IMG/VR virus record: IMGVR_UViG_3300027892_001207
Coordinates: 1 to 37,628 of that record
Source of the DNA: a virus
Taxonomy: Duplodnaviria > Caudoviricetes
Reading direction: 5' to 3' (one strand)
DNA length: 37,628 nt
Below, piece after piece: positions 1-8,028 of the stretch (position 1 is its first letter; each line of letters opens with the position of its first letter). A model generated the notes under the pieces. The model saw only the letters and a list, made by a program, of their open reading frames with translations. It had not been told where the DNA came from and searched no databases. Made by a program: the position numbers and the translations under genes.

Positions 1-222
1 GAACGCAAGTTCGCAGATGCAGGTTACACTGTGCCACAGATTGTTTTCTGGAACCTAAACAGTTCAGACAACGTGCCTGTTAAGGCTGACAAGAGTGGCG
101 CCGCATTGGTAAGTGGATTTAGTCCAAGTATAATGACTAGCTTGCTAGCCGCTGATTTGGATCAGTTCACTCCAGAAGGCATCATGCTTAAGACTGTAAT
201 GAGTGATCGTTACGCTCTGTAA
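1..222 (+). CDS. DUF2828/vWA-like protein, C-terminal part (gene begins before the window)
   Basis: Frame is open from base 1 (ERKFADAGYTVPQIVFWNL...LVSGFSPSIM). The PxIVFWNL and LVSGFS motifs match the C-terminus of DUF2828 vWA-type proteins. Confidence 0.7.
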   Translation, partial: ERKFADAGYTVPQIVFWNLNSSDNVPVKADKSGAALVSGFSPSIMTSLLAADLDQFTPEGIMLKTVMSDRYAL

Positions 223-236
223 AAACAATGTTTTTG

Positions 237-263
237 AATAGCACCTTAGGGTGCTATTTTTTT
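237..263 (+). terminator. Rho-independent terminator
   Basis: AATAGCACC-TTAG-GGTGCTATT, a 9-bp stem followed by a T run, just after the stop at 222. Confidence 0.85.
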
Positions 264-719
264 GACTAAAGATATTGGATTATACCTTTCGTCTGTGTCC
301 CACAGCTCAACAACTACGTTTATATTATTCTTTTTATTATACGTTACTCTTATTAGATATTCTGGCAACGGTGTTTTTTGAAAAGACATCGGATAGTCCG
401 AGTGCGTTTTTATAGTAATTTTATTAATTAACTTAGACACTCTACCATTGCTATGACCGCAAACACATTCGTCTGCACAAGGAGCCCCGTCTTCTGAATG
501 ATGCGGTAATCCTTTATGTATAATTTCATGGGGTGTTAGATCTTCGCTTCGATAATTGTAAATATGATTTAACATGTCTACACGTATTGCGTTTTCTTTT
601 TCGTCAAATCTGTCTTTCAACGGGGGTAGAAAATCAGTTTCGGAATAAAATCTAGGCAACGGACCAATAAAGAATTTTCGTTTTCTAGTTTCAGTAATAA
701 TCATCAGTTGTCTGCCCAT
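246..719 (-). CDS. hypothetical protein, 157 aa
   Basis: ORF with a GGAG RBS (726-729, minus strand) and an ATAAATA motif (738-744, minus strand) upstream. Confidence 0.6.
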   Translation of the reverse strand: MGRQLMIITETRKRKFFIGPLPRFYSETDFLPPLKDRFDEKENAIRVDMLNHIYNYRSEDLTPHEIIHKGLPHHSEDGAPCADECVCGHSNGRVSKLINKITIKTHSDYPMSFQKTPLPEYLIRVTYNKKNNINVVVELWDTDERYNPISLVKKIAP

Positions 720-737
720 TATAATCTCCGTTTGACT

Positions 738-744
738 TATTTAT
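738..744 (-). promoter_or_regulatory. ATAAATA late-promoter-like motif
   Basis: Same motif precedes the other operon starts in the window and resembles the T4-type late promoter TATAAATA. Confidence 0.5.
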
Positions 745-783
745 TGCCTAATTAAACCGTTGTATTAAAACAACAGATTTAAC

Positions 784-812
784 TTGACAACATACATCGT
801 TGACGCTATAAT
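784..812 (+). promoter_or_regulatory. consensus sigma70 promoter (early type), probably giving a leaderless transcript
   Basis: TTGACA (784-789), 17-nt spacer, TATAAT (807-812). ATG at 819 lies at the expected start site with no RBS. Confidence 0.85.
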
Positions 813-818
813 AGTGGC

Positions 819-1046
819 ATGTACAAAGTAATAGGAAAAGAAGAAACATTCAAAGTTCTTACACTTGCTGAAGCAATGAACGTTGCTAAGAGTATGAATG
901 AATTTGTAAGAATTATTGGAACTGATTTTGAAATCGTTGGCATGTTCGGTGTAGATACTGTTAAAGACGGTAAGTGCCCGGATGGTGTCGCTTACGATTG
1001 GAACAAAGCAAGCCGTATTGGTCGTGTTAAAAAGGAAAGACAATGA
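819..1046 (+). CDS. hypothetical phage protein, 75 aa
   Basis: ORF directly after a perfect promoter; ATGA overlap with the next gene. Confidence 0.75.
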   Translation: MYKVIGKEETFKVLTLAEAMNVAKSMNEFVRIIGTDFEIVGMFGVDTVKDGKCPDGVAYDWNKASRIGRVKKERQ

Positions 1047-1240
1047 GCTATCGTGTACTTGGTAAAACAGAAGATATAATGCAAGGCTTTGAGTCACGCA
1101 AGGGACTTGAAGGCCCGTTTTATTTCAACGGACGCATCTTGTACTATGATGTTAAAGAAGGCAAATACTGGGATCCTCGAACGGATTTCTATGTGCCACA
1201 CAGTGAATATTTTGAACTTGTAGGATTGATGGTAAAATGA
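1043..1240 (+). CDS. hypothetical phage protein, 65 aa
   Basis: ATGA-coupled on both sides; aromatic-rich motif GRILYYDVKEGKYWDP. Confidence 0.7.
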   Translation: MSYRVLGKTEDIMQGFESRKGLEGPFYFNGRILYYDVKEGKYWDPRTDFYVPHSEYFELVGLMVK

Positions 1241-1404
1241 AAATTCGATTTGATAAAGATTCTATGCCTGACGAACTGTACAATGCGCTACTACAGCACT
1301 TTGTAAACGAAGCAGTTGGGCTAGGTGTAGAGGTCAACAAGTATACCCAATTTGAGAATTGGGTGGTTGAATGTGATGTAGATGTTAAGGAAGCTGTACA
1401 CTAA
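1237..1404 (+). CDS. hypothetical protein, 55 aa (not in ORF track)
   Basis: MKIRFDKDSMPDELYNALLQHFVNEAVGLGVEVNKYTQFENWVVECDVDVKEAVH fills the gap exactly, with ATGA and TAATG overlaps. Confidence 0.7.
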   Translation: MKIRFDKDSMPDELYNALLQHFVNEAVGLGVEVNKYTQFENWVVECDVDVKEAVH

Positions 1405-1865
1405 TGCCAACGTGTTATCAATTAGTTGGGGTTCCTGCCGCAGGAAAAAGTACTTGGACTAACAGCCAAAACTGGATAGTTGGTATGGAGTATGTTAGTA
1501 CTGACCATCATGTTCACAAGTATGCTAGAGAGCAAGATAAGACATATAGGGAAGTATTTGAAGAATACATGCCCACAGCAGTTGAACTAATGGCACAAGA
1601 AGTTGTTGCCGCTAGAGAAGCTGGACGTGATATACTCTGGGATCAAACTAGCACCACAGTTAAAAGTCGTGCTCGTAAGTTCAATATGCTCCCAGACTAC
1701 TATCATATTGCTGTGGTGTTTCCAACTCCAGCGATAGACGTATTAAAAGAACGATTGGCTAGCCGTGTAGATCAACCAATTCCTTGGGAAATTGTACAAG
1801 GTATGATTGATAACTTTGAAATGCCCACCGAAGAAGAAGGCTTTAGAGAGATTTGGAGAGTATAA
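1404..1865 (+). CDS. P-loop kinase (AAA_33 / polynucleotide-kinase-like)
   Basis: Walker A GVPAAGKST, STD motif, ILWDQT, lid-like ERLASR, C-terminal FEMPTEEEGF. Confidence 0.8.
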   Translation: MPTCYQLVGVPAAGKSTWTNSQNWIVGMEYVSTDHHVHKYAREQDKTYREVFEEYMPTAVELMAQEVVAAREAGRDILWDQTSTTVKSRARKFNMLPDYYHIAVVFPTPAIDVLKERLASRVDQPIPWEIVQGMIDNFEMPTEEEGFREIWRV

Positions 1866-1890
1866 CAGGGTCTTAGGACCCTGTTTTTTT
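1864..1890 (+). terminator. Rho-independent terminator
   Basis: AACAGGGTC-TTAG-GACCCTGTT followed by a T run. Confidence 0.85.
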
Positions 1891-1936
1891 GACTTAAAAC
1901 TAGCACATATTGGCGGGTGCGGTTTTCTTCGTTTGA

Positions 1937-1943
1937 ATAAATA
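1937..1943 (+). promoter_or_regulatory. ATAAATA late-promoter-like motif for the fibre gene
   Basis: ATAAATA upstream of a GGAG RBS and the ATG at 1991. Confidence 0.55.
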
Positions 1944-1990
1944 CTGTATAATGATCTGCTCAAGATTTACAGAATAACGGAGAATAGCAC

Positions 1991-3457
1991 ATGTCGCTAC
2001 GTATTAGAAGAGGTTCAGAAACCGAAAGAACAGCCATAAGGTTTGATCAAGGCGAGCTTGTATGGGTTCAAAGTACTACTACTAGCCGTCCCGCATATAA
2101 ACTATATGTAGGTGACGGAGTAACTAACGGCGGTAAGGATATTATCGAGTCAAGCGTTGGTAGTAAATTATTGTATAATGCAGGTACTGGGAGAATTGAT
2201 TTAGATTTGTCCAGCGGCAGTAGACTTAACACTGACGATATTGTCCAATTAAATGGTGCAAACAATCAATTTTTTACAGCAGAATTAGTACAAGATGTTG
2301 TAGGAGCAATGGTTGCCGGGGGTGCGAAAACCGGAATACAAGTTGTCTATCAAGATAACGGCACTGGCAACGGAGTATTAAATTTTACAGTAACAGGTGG
2401 AGGTGCCGGAACCGGTACTGGAATCGAACACTTATATGATGACCCGGCCCCACAATTAGGCGGCGATTTAAATCTCAATAACTTTAAAATTTCAGGTATC
2501 GGTGATATTGATATCGACGGTTATGCCATCATTACTGGAACATTAGCAGTTCCTGCAGGTATGAATTCTGATATTCCACTGAATGGATTTGACATCACTG
2601 GAGCAGGTAATATAACGATAGGTGGAGATGCATCATTCACCGGTAGTATATCTTCTCAGACAGGGCTAGGTGCTAATTTAGTATTAAATACTTACAACTT
2701 AACTGGTCTAGGAAATATTGATATAACTGGTAATTTATCAGTAAGTGGATTAGGTAAAAATTTAGATTTAAACACACATAATATTACCGGAACTGGTAAC
2801 ATTTCAAATACTGGAAACGTTGATGTTACTGGAACAATTAAAACAGCTATTGGTCTAGGTGGAGATTTAAGTCTTAATAACTTTGATATTACAGGAACTG
2901 GTGATGTCAACATAACCGGAGATGTCACAGCTACTAATATTATTTCAGATACTTTCACACCGGTACTAGTCGGCGGTGGTTTAAACTTAGAAGCAAGCAC
3001 ACTATTTCCAGTTAAAGTTTCTGGGCTTTCGTCGAATTCAAGCCCGATGATGATCGAATTAGCCGCATCCGGGGGAACAGTTGTAACTCCAACAGCGTTA
3101 AGTGCTGGTGATTTCATAAGTGGTGTTAAGATGACTGGCTACTACGGTGGTAACTATGTATTCGGTGCTGGTCTCATTACAAAATTTGACAATAGTGCAG
3201 ACTTTACTAAAACATTTCCAAAATCAACAATGTTTTTTGTTACTAATAACAACACAAATTCACAAGCGGGTTCAGCATCATTAGACGGCGACGGAGTATT
3301 TACTGCTAACTCTATTCGACCAGGAGTATATGCAACCTCAATTGCTCGAGATACTGCTATTCCTGTGCCAGCAAATGGCATGATGGTTTATATTACTGCC
3401 GGCAATGCATTACAATGCTACAGCGACGGTAGTTGGAAAACAGTAACATTGGTCTAA
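1991..3457 (+). CDS. tail fibre / virion fibre-like structural protein, 488 aa
   Basis: N-terminal IRRG...GELVW...KLYVGDGVTNGG resembles the Mtd_N-like fibre anchor. The centre has LGGDLxLN and TG[ND]xxx repeats. The C-terminus ARD...PANGMMVY...LQCYSDGSW is typical of phage fibre modules. Confidence 0.75.
   Translation: MSLRIRRGSETERTAIRFDQGELVWVQSTTTSRPAYKLYVGDGVTNGGKDIIESSVGSKLLYNAGTGRIDLDLSSGSRLNTDDIVQLNGANNQFFTAELVQDVVGAMVAGGAKTGIQVVYQDNGTGNGVLNFTVTGGGAGTGTGIEHLYDDPAPQLGGDLNLNNFKISGIGDIDIDGYAIITGTLAVPAGMNSDIPLNGFDITGAGNITIGGDASFTGSISSQTGLGANLVLNTYNLTGLGNIDITGNLSVSGLGKNLDLNTHNITGTGNISNTGNVDVTGTIKTAIGLGGDLSLNNFDITGTGDVNITGDVTATNIISDTFTPVLVGGGLNLEASTLFPVKVSGLSSNSSPMMIELAASGGTVVTPTALSAGDFISGVKMTGYYGGNYVFGAGLITKFDNSADFTKTFPKSTMFFVTNNNTNSQAGSASLDGDGVFTANSIRPGVYATSIARDTAIPVPANGMMVYITAGNALQCYSDGSWKTVTLV
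2453..2937 (+). repeat. degenerate protein-level repeats in the fibre gene
   Basis: Five units: LGGDLNLNNFKISGIGDIDIDG, DIPLNGFDITGAGNITIGG, LGANLVLNTYNLTGLGNIDITG, LGKNLDLNTHNITGTGNISNTG, LGGDLSLNNFDITGTGDVNITG. Confidence 0.75.
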
Positions 3458-4017
3458 GTCCATCTAGGATATTTAGATAACTCTTCAAAAAACTTATCGG
3501 GGTATAACTGCCAAACAGTTTGGTTAGTTCCCCGATAATTCATTTCCGTAACACGTTTCATCACTCCCTTCTTTTCCATTGCCGGCCCAAAAATATTATG
3601 AACACGGCGTTGTGTTCCCACACTGTTTTCGTTTGAGGTAATGTAAAGATTAGACTTAATTGGTGCCCATTGTATACAGGCTGGAATTAAAAACTGTGCT
3701 GTGGGATTTTGTTGCTGTGTAATAACGCTGATAGTGCGTAACGCACGGCCATATGGTCCGGGCAATTCATCTGTGAATACACAAGTACGTGCGGCAATGC
3801 GATATGCATCTTCTCCCATCTCGGGGAAACTATGTGCGCCTACACTGCCCACAGCTTTATTGTTGTAGTAAAGAATCCATACGCACCATTCTTTCTCTTT
3901 TGATAGACTATCTACTAACATCTTCTGGCTAGAATTATTTGTAAAACCTTTAGCTTCAGAAGTAGCATAAAACTCAGTTAAATCTAAATCATCAGACCAT
4001 CTTACCAAATTATACAT
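3454..4017 (-). CDS. putative GNAT-fold acyltransferase
   Basis: WCVWILYYNNKAVGSVG followed by YRIAARTCVF and a C-terminal YRGTNQTVWQL; GNAT-like strand pattern, weak match. Confidence 0.5.
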   Translation of the reverse strand: MYNLVRWSDDLDLTEFYATSEAKGFTNNSSQKMLVDSLSKEKEWCVWILYYNNKAVGSVGAHSFPEMGEDAYRIAARTCVFTDELPGPYGRALRTISVITQQQNPTAQFLIPACIQWAPIKSNLYITSNENSVGTQRRVHNIFGPAMEKKGVMKRVTEMNYRGTNQTVWQLYPDKFFEELSKYPRWT

Positions 4018-4735
4018 TGTTATGCCACTCGGCCCATGTTAAAGGTAATGCAGTACCTAGTGATTTAAATTGGACAACAAACATTTTTATATTTTTTCTA
4101 TCAGCAGACATGCCATAACCGTATTCGTCTGGCCATTTCTTTTTAAGTTGTTCATATGAATCTAAATTTGCAGTAAACCCTAATTGATTAAAAATTGTTT
4201 TTAAATAACCAATACTATAAAATACGCACAGGTATCTATTGTCAGTTATCCTGTTTGCCATAAATTTAAAATTGCTTGGATAAATTTCGGCAATTGGGTG
4301 ATTGTATTCTAATTCATGTAGCATATCAGGTGTTGCATAAGTCGATATAGTATCATGCATTATATGATTAAGGGGATTAACACTTTCAATCACTATATGA
4401 TTAGAAATTTTAGATAATTTATATAACACATCACTGCTAATTCCCCATATCATCCTTCCAAGAAAGACAGCATCAAATTTAAGATTGGGCTGTTTTAAAA
4501 ATTCTTCTATAGATGTTGTTATTACATTCACATCGGCATCGGGATAAGAAGTTTTTATATTGTCTAATGCAACTTCCACTCTTTGAGAATCTATATCAAT
4601 TCCTGTGTAGCTACTTGCTTGATTGCTCAGAACATACAAGCCAGCTTCTCCGTTAGCACACCCTACATCTAAAAAAGACTTTCCGGCTATTTCACTAGGC
4701 GATATCCATGCGTTAAAACGATCTATGTCATTCAT
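4010..4735 (-). CDS. class I SAM-dependent methyltransferase
   Basis: Motif I FLDVGCANG, then YTGIDID and KFDAVF. Confidence 0.8.
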   Translation of the reverse strand: MNDIDRFNAWISPSEIAGKSFLDVGCANGEAGLYVLSNQASSYTGIDIDSQRVEVALDNIKTSYPDADVNVITTSIEEFLKQPNLKFDAVFLGRMIWGISSDVLYKLSKISNHIVIESVNPLNHIMHDTISTYATPDMLHELEYNHPIAEIYPSNFKFMANRITDNRYLCVFYSIGYLKTIFNQLGFTANLDSYEQLKKKWPDEYGYGMSADRKNIKMFVVQFKSLGTALPLTWAEWHNNV

Positions 4736-5415
4736 AAATTTTTAACTTTTTCGATAAAGTCTGCAGGATAGTTTGTACTAAAACTAGCCCAACATAGTCG
4801 ATCCATTACTTCCCATGGTTGTGGTTTATCCCACTCAATACCCAATTTGTCTAAATGTTTACGTATTTCATCTTGCCTGGTAGAATAGATATGACTTTCA
4901 ACATCTTGTATACTAATGTTAGGTTCAGTATTTCTATAAGTAAAGAAATAGTTGATACTTTTTAATTTTCCGTCTATAACAAAATAACTACTGGGATGCA
5001 TACTATATTTGTGTAATCCTAAAATTTTATGGGCTCGGATGATGTTAAGCATTTGATCTTGCCAGTCGGGTAGTACTTTATCATAGTTTAACATATCGCA
5101 CCCCGATAGTTCCCAGAAGTCGGGGCCATCTATTTCTAAATATATCTTACGAGTGTCTAAATCTATTTTTTGAATAACAGGAACTAACTCTGGATGCCGA
5201 TTTCTCATTTGAGTTAGATAGTTTACTTCACGCAACCATTTTTCTTCCATCTTTGCGGGATCGACTACTTGATTTTGTCCCTTATGGTACTCGGTGTCAT
5301 TATAATACCATTGTACAAAAGTTTTTTGATCTTCAGAAATCAAACTAGTGTAGATAAGATTATTTCTACATAACCCGTGTTCGGGAACATTATTATAGTA
5401 ATAATTAAATTTCAT
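4732..5415 (-). CDS. protein-kinase-like fold protein with degenerate catalytic motifs
   Basis: REVNYL (helix C), LVPVI, IYLEIDG hinge; HKYSMHPSS in place of HxDxxxxN; INY in place of DFG. Paralog of 16609-17274. Confidence 0.55.
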   Translation of the reverse strand: MKFNYYYNNVPEHGLCRNNLIYTSLISEDQKTFVQWYYNDTEYHKGQNQVVDPAKMEEKWLREVNYLTQMRNRHPELVPVIQKIDLDTRKIYLEIDGPDFWELSGCDMLNYDKVLPDWQDQMLNIIRAHKILGLHKYSMHPSSYFVIDGKLKSINYFFTYRNTEPNISIQDVESHIYSTRQDEIRKHLDKLGIEWDKPQPWEVMDRLCWASFSTNYPADFIEKVKNL

Positions 5416-5450
5416 TTATTAGCCTTTCAAGTTTATTATTCCCGGTGAGA

Positions 5451-5465
5451 TATTTACCATAAATA
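5451..5465. promoter_or_regulatory. back-to-back divergent TAAATA motifs
   Basis: TAAATA on the minus strand (5451-5456) and ATAAATA on the plus strand (5459-5465), between two divergent operons. Confidence 0.6.
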
Positions 5466-5484
5466 TTGCGCGAGGAAAAAAATC

Positions 5485-6549
5485 ATGAAAATTACAAAAA
5501 TCCCAGGCTTGGGAAGATTTGGCATATTTGTCGATGGTGTAGATTTTGATAACATTACAGACGACGAATGGATGGAAATTGGTAAGCTCCACATGGAGAA
5601 TTTAGTCACTATTATTCGTGACTGTAACTTAACATGGGATCGAGAAATAGACTTTTGTAAAAAGTTTGGTGATACTCGATATGGAATAAGATATTTGCTT
5701 CTTAAAAAATATCAAGGCATGGAATGGAAAGAAATCGTTAAAGCAGCCATGCAAAATGATCCCCGCATTGATAACATAGATAAACAAAGATTACATAGTA
5801 TTTCACGTATGCAAGAACTTATGCCGGATGGCAGGCATGTTATGCGTGTAACTGGTAAAAAGGATGCTGATGGTAATCCGTTAGGTATGTTTGCAGAAGG
5901 TGAACTACTTTGGCACAGCAATGAAAGTGGGACATTAACATTTACTCCGGGTGTTGCGTTACTAGGTGCAGAAAATATGATCGGCTCCAGTACAGGCTTC
6001 TTAACAACACCGGACTATTATGAAAATGTAAGCAATGCATTTCGTAGCGAATTAGATGAAATGATCTTAATACATCGATTTACACCTGGCCGAATTAATC
6101 CGGGTCTACGTCAAGACCAAGACGAAGTAATGCATGCCAATATGTGTCCCGAGGATGATGTAGAAATTCCTATAGTCATGCGTAGTCCAGGAGGCATAGT
6201 AGGATTACACTATAGCACAAATACAATCTATAGTATCAAAGGGATGACTAAGGAAGAAAGCGATAGTGTGTTTGCAGAAATTGATAAAGAATTATTTGTG
6301 GACAAATATACATACGATCATCAATATCAAAGTAATAACGATTTTTGTTTATTTGATAACAGTATTACCTTGCATCGTCGATTGGGCGATGTTAAAGACA
6401 GACTTTGTTATCGCATACAGCACGACTATAGTAATTTACAAGGTGCTCCGTGGAAGCCTTATCTACAAGAATCTTTTATGTCTAAATACGCTGAAGAAAT
6501 GAAATACTACGTTGAATTAGCAGATATCAAAGATTTTAAATTACCTTAA
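5485..6549 (+). CDS. TauD/TfdA-family Fe(II)/2-oxoglutarate dioxygenase
   Basis: N-terminal GIFVDGVD, LWHSNE, and C-terminal FDNSITLHRR...RLCYR. Confidence 0.8.
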   Translation: MKITKIPGLGRFGIFVDGVDFDNITDDEWMEIGKLHMENLVTIIRDCNLTWDREIDFCKKFGDTRYGIRYLLLKKYQGMEWKEIVKAAMQNDPRIDNIDKQRLHSISRMQELMPDGRHVMRVTGKKDADGNPLGMFAEGELLWHSNESGTLTFTPGVALLGAENMIGSSTGFLTTPDYYENVSNAFRSELDEMILIHRFTPGRINPGLRQDQDEVMHANMCPEDDVEIPIVMRSPGGIVGLHYSTNTIYSIKGMTKEESDSVFAEIDKELFVDKYTYDHQYQSNNDFCLFDNSITLHRRLGDVKDRLCYRIQHDYSNLQGAPWKPYLQESFMSKYAEEMKYYVELADIKDFKLP

Positions 6550-8028
6550 ATGTTCAAATGCTTACTATTCAATGTTGCCAGCGGAACCAATCATGTTGGT
6601 AACGGCCGTAGTGTGGGTGTATACAGGATAGCGCATTATCTTAGAGAAAATAACTGGGACGCCGAAGTAATCGATTTTATTTCATCGTGGACCTTAGAAG
6701 AATTACGAGAATTAGCTAAATCTCGAATAGACAGCAATACTAAGTTTATCAGTTTTAGCCATATGTATTCTGTATGGTCAGATACATTAGAAGATTTTGC
6801 TTGCTGGTTGAAAGAAACATATCCAGATATTCCGTTACTCTCGGGCTCGGGAGTTGCACCACAGTTTAAATCTAATTATTTAGATTACTACATACAAGGG
6901 TTTGGAGAGCTTGCACTAATACAGTTGCTAGGTTGGATGTTTAGCAACGGAGAACGGCCAAGATTTAATCTATCTAGGGCAAACAATAAACCCTTGCTAT
7001 CGGCCAATGAACAATACCCTGCATTTCCAATGAAGAGTCTAAATGTAATTTATGAAGATAGAGATTTTATTCAGCCACACGAATGGCTGGGTATAGAGTT
7101 TGCTCGTGGATGTAAATTCCAATGCGATTTTTGTAACTTTCCTGTATTAGGAGTTAAAGGAGATTATAGCAGGGATGCAGATGACTTTGGGATACAAGTG
7201 AAGGATGCGTATGATCGATTTGGTGTTACTAATTATCTAGTAGCAGATGAAACATTCAATGATCGTACAGAGAAGATCACTAAGTTTGCCAATGTAGTAG
7301 AAGGGTTAAATTTTAATCCGTGGTTTACAGGATTTATACGTCCTGACTTGATTGTGAGTCGGTCGCGTGATAGAGAAGAACTATTACGGATGGGATTTTT
7401 AGGACACCATTACGGGGTTGAAAGTTTTAATCATGAGGCTGTAAAAAGTGTTGGCAAAGGTATGCATCCTGATAAAATCAAACAGGGAATACTAGATGTT
7501 AAACAGTATTTTGAAACACATGGCAGTAACCGTTATAGAACTTTATTAACATTTATATTAGGATTACCCGGAGAAACATTAGATGATCTAACCCATACAA
7601 CACAATGGTTGCTAGATAATTGGAAGGGGCAAGCGTGGACTCCGTTTGTCTTAGATATACCAATCGGAGAGTTAAACCGTATGAGTAAGATGAGTTTAGA
7701 TTATAGCAAATATGGTTACAGACCTTATACCGGGCCAACTAAGAATATAACTGTCCAGCAGAATCGAGTGTCTAATGAATTGCTGATATGGGAAAACGAT
7801 AACATGAATTATTATCAAGCATATGATGCATTTGAATTTATGTTAGAAAAGCGTAATGATGTTGCTAACGGGTTTACACTAGCACCTTGGGATTTAGCCA
7901 TGGTAGGATTACCCAGAACCCTAACAGAAAGGTTGTCTCTACACAATTCGTACACTAAGAATTCCGATGTGGATCACGTTAGAGAAGAGTTTGTCAACAA
8001 CTATAAGAATAAGAAATTTAACATATGA
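6550..8028 (+). CDS. cobalamin-binding-domain radical SAM enzyme (class B type)
   Basis: N-terminal Rossmann-like domain (EVIDF, DYYIQGFGE), ARGCKFQCDFC, ADETFN, GVESF, FILGLPGET. Confidence 0.85.
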   Translation: MFKCLLFNVASGTNHVGNGRSVGVYRIAHYLRENNWDAEVIDFISSWTLEELRELAKSRIDSNTKFISFSHMYSVWSDTLEDFACWLKETYPDIPLLSGSGVAPQFKSNYLDYYIQGFGELALIQLLGWMFSNGERPRFNLSRANNKPLLSANEQYPAFPMKSLNVIYEDRDFIQPHEWLGIEFARGCKFQCDFCNFPVLGVKGDYSRDADDFGIQVKDAYDRFGVTNYLVADETFNDRTEKITKFANVVEGLNFNPWFTGFIRPDLIVSRSRDREELLRMGFLGHHYGVESFNHEAVKSVGKGMHPDKIKQGILDVKQYFETHGSNRYRTLLTFILGLPGETLDDLTHTTQWLLDNWKGQAWTPFVLDIPIGELNRMSKMSLDYSKYGYRPYTGPTKNITVQQNRVSNELLIWENDNMNYYQAYDAFEFMLEKRNDVANGFTLAPWDLAMVGLPRTLTERLSLHNSYTKNSDVDHVREEFVNNYKNKKFNI

